64,000 nt of DNA from Nitrosopumilus sp. GTDB taxonomy: Archaea; Thermoproteota; Nitrososphaeria; Nitrososphaerales; Nitrosopumilaceae. A program made the translations under genes and the position numbers. Under the pieces are notes generated by a model. It ran no database searches. It had not been told where the DNA came from and was given only the letters and a program-made list of their open reading frames with translations. Positions 63,286-64,000 of the stretch are shown piece by piece. The number at the start of each line of letters is the position of its first letter. The stretch's first letter is position 1. Location: positions 96,001 through 160,000 of the forward strand of contig OZ250186.1 in NCBI GenBank assembly GCA_965238275.1. Reading direction: 5' to 3'.

Positions 63286-63579
63286 TATGGCAGAATTGGC
63301 ACCGTCTGCAGTTTCCCCGTACAATCAGGGGATCACGGCAGGGAGCCATTAATCACGGAACCCAGGCGCACCGGCACCCGGGGCATACAAAGCATGGCGA
63401 TGGGGCCATGCCGGCAGGAGCTGTAAAATGCGTAATTTTGCAGACACGGCGCAAGCAATTTAACAAGGATTACAGCACAGCACACCGTTGTACAGACCCA
63501 AGTCATATCCGAAACAGCATATTCATCAAGGTGACCGAATCTACATTAGTGCAGAATCATGCAGGATGCCTGTTGCACA

Positions 63580-64000
63580 ATGACGACGCTGCAAAATGCC
63601 ATACCCGCACTTGGCAGGATTGAAAAACATCTGGAGAAGGTTCAGGACGCAAGGGAGTTTCTTTTGGGGAACACCAGGGGGGTGATCTCCCTGTGCAGCA
63701 AGGCGATAATTGCCATCCACAAGGGCGACTTTCAGGAGGGGCAGGAGGGTCTGAAGAAGGCAGATGCGCTGTTAGCCGAGTACAGAAAAAGGGCGACAGG
63801 GGAGCTCAGGAGGTACCTTATCACCCCCGAGCAGGAGCTTGTAGAGGCATCATGCCTTCTGGCCATAGCCCGGGGAAAAAAAATCCCCACGGACAAGAGC
63901 CTCAAGGTAATGCCAGAGTCATACGTGCTGGGCCTGCTGGACTGCGTCGGGGAGCTCAAGAGGATGATCCTGGACAGCATTCGGACCGGCAAGGTGGATG
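63580..64000 (+). CDS. translin/TRAX-family protein (runs off the window)
   Basis: Translated by hand: DAREFLL..TR..I..CSKAI..IH, EQELVEA, YVLGLLDCVGELKR. Confidence 0.9.
   Translation, partial: MTTLQNAIPALGRIEKHLEKVQDAREFLLGNTRGVISLCSKAIIAIHKGDFQEGQEGLKKADALLAEYRKRATGELRRYLITPEQELVEASCLLAIARGKKIPTDKSLKVMPESYVLGLLDCVGELKRMILDSIRTGKVD

Overview
Archaeal DNA, most likely an ammonia-oxidising thaumarchaeote (Nitrosopumilaceae). This is inferred from the intron-containing tRNA-Tyr with a C1:G72 pair, archaeal rps13/rps4/cobT/translin and thaumarchaeal surface-protein motifs. A serpin, CAP and FG-GAP proteins and a heavy IS load suggest a host-associated (e.g. sponge) lineage. 1-37 kb is an IS-riddled defence/accessory island. 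It holds a Type IIG-like RM fusion, m6A and m5C methyltransferases around tRNA-Tyr, HNH, UvrD, a small ABC/SMC-like ATPase, PIN proteins and a ParB-like/Dam pair. Ten IS elements with mapped ends (IS5-like, IS630, IS66, and ISH3 with a nested IS481) cover about 16.6 kb of the window. 37-45 kb has a giant repetitive surface protein divergent from a tyrosine recombinase. Between them are two 40-bp palindromic sites in inverted orientation (42661-42700, 42828-42867) enclosing a TATA box and a TTG. Inversion would fuse that TTG in frame to the surface protein, so this is a candidate archaeal invertible promoter/start-codon phase-variation switch and the top finding. 45-64 kb is mostly core and host-interaction genes (Yip1 duplicates, serpin, CAP protein, rps13, rps4, glmS, cobT, MBL hydrolase, nnrE, translin). 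All family calls come from motif recognition by eye; no searches were run.
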